From Octopus sinensis (Eukaryota): a stretch of DNA of 42,061 bases. A program made the translations under genes and the position numbers. Shown one piece after another: positions 36,893 through 42,061 of the stretch. Each line of letters begins with the position of its first letter. Position 1 is the stretch's first letter. The notes beneath the pieces were generated by a model. It was not told where the DNA came from. It worked only from the letters and a program-made list of their open reading frames with translations, and searched no databases. The stretch is taken from contig NW_021832121.1 of NCBI RefSeq assembly GCF_006345805.1, positions 1 through 42,061 on the forward strand, in the 5' to 3' direction.

Positions 36893-38764
36893 GTCTTATA
36901 CCAACTCCCCCATGCAATTTCCTCCCACCCGGTGCAACCTGTCGGCTCCAGCACATCCCGCTTTCCTATATGTGCGTGTATATGTGTATGTGTGTGTGTG
37001 TGCGTATGTATGTGCACATACGTGTACGTATGTGTACATATACATATATATGTACATGTGCGTGTGTGTGTGTGTGTGTGGATGTGTGTACGTGCATATA
37101 GGGTTCCCTGCATTTTCCCCCTATATATACAAATTTTGTCTCCCATATATGACTTCTTTTCCCTAAATATTTCTTCTCCTACGCCCATATCCTCCCTATG
37201 TAGTCTCTAATCCCCTATATCTATACCCTTTCACATTTCTAACTCAGATGTTGAACGCACACCGCCAAACTCCACCTCCCACCCTTCCAATTTTCAGTTC
37301 CCCCGCCCGCCCCTACGTTTAACACACACCTCTAACTTTCAACCACCTTCATCTCATGTTAAACTTTACAAAATATATTTTATCTTATTTTATTTTTATT
37401 TTATTTTTACTTTTATTTTTACTTTTATCCTACTTCCATTTATTTTATTTTTTTTTTATTTTTTTTTTTAATTTTTTTTTTACTTTTATTCTACTTCCAT
37501 TTATTCTCATTTTCATTTTCATCCCTTACCTTAACTCTTATAATTTTTACAATTCTTATACTTCATTTTCTCTATTACATTGTATTTCTTATTTTATACT
37601 GTATTTTTTATTTCTAATCTTTACCCTTACCCTCATTCTTACCCCTAACTTATCGCTTTACACCTCTATATATGTTTATTTACTTACCTATGGATCCACC
37701 TTTTGAATATACGAGCGTCCGCGTACGTGTGTATACGCATACATACATATGCACGCGCATATATGTACATGCATACTTCGATATCTTATAGCTATACCCA
37801 TGTGCGCGTGTGTCTCTGTGTGTGTATATGAGTGTATATGTGCACGCACATACGGACACACAGCCGTGTGTGCGTGCGCGTATTGACATGAGTACGGGAT
37901 TCTTTACATACGTTCTTATACACATCTTTAATATCTTATACCTGGACCTAGAGGCGTGGGGCATATACGTGTGTGTATGTAGTGATGGGCGCGCGTATAT
38001 ACATGTGAGCGTGTACGCGCGTAATGTCCGTGTATATATGCGGATATTCTGTTGTATGTATGTGTGTGTACGCGCGTGCGTGTGGGTGCGTGTGTGTTTA
38101 TGTACGTGTTTACACGCGAGTGCGTGTGTATGCTTATAGGCTTGGAGGCGTATATGTACGCGTGTATGGGGGTGTATATATCCATGATGATATGTATGTA
38201 CTAGAAGTCCATTTAATTCAAGGAACCAGATTAAATGCTCATCAGCTCTGATTTACAACGCATTAAGTCCCCAGACGAAACTGTTGATGTACTGACAATT
38301 CTACAACTAAATTTTATCAATCTCCTGACCACCATGCTTGGTCCATAACCTCTATACATCCCTTATCTTTACATTCTTTTACACTTTTATCATGTTTTTA
38401 TCAGGTTTTTTTACTTTTATTTCTATTTCTATTTTTTATTTTTACTTTATATTTCTTTATACCCCCTTACATCTCCTTACAACCCTTTATCCTCTACATT
38501 TTTATATTATTCTATACTTACACTTTTATACATTTTTTATCCCTCGTCCCGAACTCTCGCCCCTCCATCTTCACCTCTATATATGTATTTATTTATTTAC
38601 ATTACCTCAACATCCAATTTTCCTCATTCTACATGAGAGAGAAGAAAGAGATGGACGCTTCAACTCTATGCTGCTGCCGCATTATGTCGTACGTGAATGA
38701 GAGGATTTGCATCCCCAACCAAGAACTTTTGATGTAACACATGTCCTTGTGGAAGCTGTTGTGC

Positions 38765-38842
38765 GCGGCTGAAGAAGGCCACAGACATACATTATGCATT
38801 GTTATAAATCTGTCTAATAAAGGCCCGAAACATATGTACCGC
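38765..38842 (+). ncRNA. Type I hammerhead ribozyme in the Naiad pLTR
   Basis: gcgg-CTGAAGA-aggcc[acaga...tctgt...]ggccc-GAAAC-atat-GTA-ccgc; intact core, helix I gcgg/ccgc, palindromic ACATATGT. Confidence 0.82.
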
Positions 38843-38949
38843 TGAATCCTTCGCATCATGTTTTTATTTTATTTTGATCAATTTACTCCACCACCTACAC
38901 CACCAAACGGTATACACAGGTGCTTATAATTATCAAGTACTCACCCCGA

Positions 38950-38986
<37 letters not shown>

Positions 38987-38987
<1 letters not shown>

Positions 38988-39523
38988 CAAATAAGAAAGT
39001 AGAGAGGATGCAAAATCGACAGACACCAGCCCCGGTAAATATTCCATGTATTAGTGGTACAGGTTATCAAATAGAAAGGGTTGGTAATTGCAAAAACAAG
39101 GATGTGGGAGCATATAATCATATTAATTAATTGCGTAAATGAGCAAATGACTAAAAGAGTAAATGAACAGATTATTAGTAAAACCGAATGGGTGTGTAGG
39201 TGTTAGTTCCTTAGGCCGTTTCTGCCAAGAGGCAACAAAATCTTCCAGGTTATCTCCATCTGTTCAGTGTTATGTAGGGATGAGCAGGTAAGGCTTGGAT
39301 AATGAATGTGCCTTTAGGCTTCTTCAGAGAGTCTAAGTGGTTGGGGGGGGGCAACACGTATAAAAAACAGTTAATAATAGCTACAGTGTGTTTGTCTGTT
39401 CAAAATAGAGTAGAAAAAGAATAGGAGTAAGAAGAAGTCTAATATATTGGAATAAATCGGTATACTGGAATGTTTATCGGCGATATGTCTGTCTATTTTC
39501 TATCCTCTCCACTTTCTTATCGC
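38987..39523 (-). mobile_element. Short PLE-derived element with ~65-bp inverted ends and a degenerate internal hammerhead
   Basis: 38987-39052 is approximately the reverse complement of 39459-39523; minus strand CTGAAGA-agcc..ggca-GAAAC-ggcc-TA at 39208-39331; (TA)n flanks. Confidence 0.6.
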
Positions 39524-39589
39524 TATATATATTATATATGTAATATATATATATAATATATATATATATTATATATATATATATATATT

Positions 39590-39627
<38 letters not shown>

Positions 39628-39799
39628 GGGAGAGTTTACGAAAAAAACAAAAGACGAAGACAGGTGGTGTACAAAACAAACAGATGTATTAGTATGACGC
39701 TCAGGAATAGAAAAAGTCTTTTACGTTTCGAGCCTACGCTCTTCTACAGAAAGGGACACAGAAAAAACAAGGAGAGAAAAAAATGTGTGTAGTGGCTAA

Positions 39800-39800
<1 letters not shown>
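39628..39800 (-). mobile_element. PLE pseudo-LTR fragment, same family as 13860-13988 (HHR-like motif at 39718-39753)
   Basis: Near-identical reverse complement of 13860-13988; (TA)n flanks. Confidence 0.65.
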
Positions 39801-39841
<41 letters not shown>

Positions 39842-40153
39842 GACTGTTTTAACGAAGTCGCCTCTTGTCCTTACCTTCGGAACGCCGAGTAGATAAAACA
39901 GGGGACAACTGATGAAGGGAATGTTCTTTATGTTGCATGTCTCGTTTCTCTGTTTGTTTATATTTTTCTTATTTGCCGTATAAATCAAGGTTAAACCGCT
40001 TTTTACCCCTCGCCCATATATAACACTCAATTGCGAGATTGCCACGCAATAACTAGCACATGGGAATGAATAACAGGGTACACTACCAGCAGTATATTGG
40101 ATAGGTACTATCCATTAGTTGGTTGTTCCTAAACCTCTAACTCACACAAAAAT

Positions 40154-40202
<49 letters not shown>

Positions 40203-40924
40203 AAATATATAAATTATATATATAATATATAAAAAATACATATATATGTATGTATGTGTGTATGTATGTATGTATGTATTTGTGTGTCTGTATTTGTTCT
40301 CCCAAGTACTAGTGTTACAAAGAATAAGCCCCGAGGTCAATTTGTTTGATTAAAGGTGGTGCTCCAGCATGGCTGGAGTCAGATGACTGAAACAAGTAAA
40401 AGAGTGAAAGAACAGAAGAATATATGCACACACTCAGACACACATGTATATATGTGTCTGTGTGGGTGGCGTGCGTACGTGTGTGTGTGTGTTTGTGAGC
40501 GAGAGAGAAAGAGATAGATAGAGATAGAGAGAGAGAGTGTGTGTGTGTTTGTGTGTGTGTGTGCGTGTAATTATTAGTGACAGAAGTAGTATTAGTACTA
40601 AAACGCAATCTTTATATCTAACTTAACGTGGCTATCTTGGTAGAACATCGAATAGATATGCACCCTTGTTGCCTAACTATTTACATCAGAGATTCAGCTA
40701 GGTAAGAAATACATGTAACGTGCATATCACCTGTTACACTCCCTCAATTTGGTTATATACATAAATGTGTGTGTGAGAGGATTTTAATTTCTTTATATCG
40801 TAGTACCCATAACAAATTCGCAAAAAGCTGATGATAGTAGATATGATAAAGAAAGGTGAAAATAATTTTGTTAAGGTTACAGGTACCAATGATACGGGTA
40901 ATTTGGACATGTAATAACTGCAGT

Positions 40925-41773
40925 AATTCATACAGTTCTATATTTAAGAGATGAGGAATTATGTACATTATTTACATTTGACGGATATTTGTCCTCATCT
41001 TGTTTGTCGTTAACACGTTTCGGCTGATATAGACTCCAGCTTTCATCAGATGTCTTGGGGAAATTTTGAACCTGGGTTGTTGGTGTTGTTATTATTATTA
41101 ATATTATTATTATTATTATTATTATGGAATCGAACTTGGAATCAGTAGCCCGCACTCTTAACCACTGCGCCATATGCCCGTGAGCAATTATAGAGTGAAT
41201 TTTAGGGCTTATAAATCTAATATTCTCCTATCCTTCCTTAATACCGGTTCCCATATGCTGTTCATATCTGCACACGGTCTGCTTAGGAGGTTGTTGTGTC
41301 CTAGCATTTAAGCTGCTTCTTTTAGTTCTCGTATTTTCCAATGGTCTTCTCTGTCTATTATTTTAACTTCATCCCACAGGGGAAGGTGGTCTCCATTTTT
41401 CCATACATGATCAGCTATACCCGATTTATCAATATCTCCCCGTGTCACAGCTTTGTGATGTCCCTCTACCCTTATTTTGAGAGGGCGGCATATTTCGCCT
41501 TTGTATAACTTACCACAGCTGCATGGGATGGAGAACACGCAGTTCTTAGTCATATTCTCTTCTATTGGTGGTTTTACTCGAAGGAGATATTTGCGAAGTG
41601 TTGTATTACTTTTTCAATACTGTCCTGATGTCATATGGGCCGCATATCTTTTGTATCTTTTCGGAGAGGCCTTTCACATAGGGTAGACAGACTGTGAACA
41701 GTTTATCGGTTTCATCCTCTCTTTTCTTCCATTATGAAGATTCCGAGTTCGATTCCAGGCAGTGACCTTAATG

Positions 41774-41827
<54 letters not shown>

Positions 41828-41985
41828 TCAAAAAATACCTTAAGAATGAGAACCCAGATTCAAAATTTCCCCAAGACACCTGATGAAGGCTGGGAGGTAT
41901 ATCAGCCGAAACGTTATGTTAACAAAAAACAAGATGAGGAAAAATATCTGTCAACTATAAATAATGTAAATAATGTAAATAATGC
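40925..41985 (-). mobile_element. Penelope/Poseidon-type PLE 3' end with GIY-YIG remnant and inverted pLTR arm
   Basis: Minus strand 41209-41730 reads LPYVKGLSEKIQ...NCVFSIPCSCGKLYKGE...SGIADH...KEAA* (premature stop); pLTR at 40925-41179 (minus) is repeated inverted at 41737-41985 (plus). Confidence 0.85.
41876..41919 (+). ncRNA. Minimal type I hammerhead motif in a PLE pLTR (second, deleted copy on the minus strand at 41011-41053)
   Basis: acac-CTGATGA-aggctg-ggaggtatat-cagcc-GAAAC-GTT-atgt; helix III reduced to ACGT; one mismatch in helix I. Confidence 0.65.
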
Positions 41986-42061
41986 AGTAATTCATGTTGT
42001 AACGACGATAGTAGAGAAGGTCATGATGGCGTACTTTGCGAATTAAGTAAGGCGTGAGACG

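Larger units (their letters stand above)
34321..38954 (+). mobile_element. Naiad-type Penelope-like retroelement, 5'-truncated, with an inverted 5' pseudo-LTR arm, in (TA)n
   Basis: 34321-35144 is the reverse complement of 38040-38872; RT-EN ORF between the arms; (TA)n on both flanks. Confidence 0.9.

Noticed and set aside
37356-37706. 116-aa Phe/Leu/Ile-rich ORF as a membrane protein
   Set aside because: T-rich low-complexity 3' region of the Penelope-like element.
39900-39960. CTGATGA motifs at 39909, 34142 (minus), 34939 and 329
   Set aside because: No properly placed GAAA/NUH or closing helices; truncated pLTR pieces or chance matches.

Overview
AT-rich, microsatellite-dense eukaryotic genomic DNA. 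The SINE families resemble those I recall from octopus, so a coleoid cephalopod origin is likely but inferred. The only host gene I can support is a minus-strand CIB (calcium- and integrin-binding, EF-hand) gene. Two of its exons (1943-2070, 1157-1245) are missed by the ORF track, and its canonical upstream exons are not visible, so most of the window may be one large intron. The rest is a nested transposon landscape: a degenerate Gypsy gag-pol, RTE, L1/Tx1 and CRE-type LINE fragments, two Tc1/mariner remnants, a hAT-type MITE with an 8-bp TSD, a Helitron-like element, several tRNA-derived SINE families, and at least three Penelope-like elements (PLEs). One PLE is a young Naiad-type copy with an ~830-bp inverted terminal arm. 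The most striking signal is about ten type-I hammerhead ribozyme (HHR) motifs in PLE pseudo-LTRs. They have family-specific palindromic helix-III loops, non-canonical cores and extended helix II, and one family is fused to a tRNA-like Pol III head. Most listed ORFs are microsatellite or SINE artefacts.
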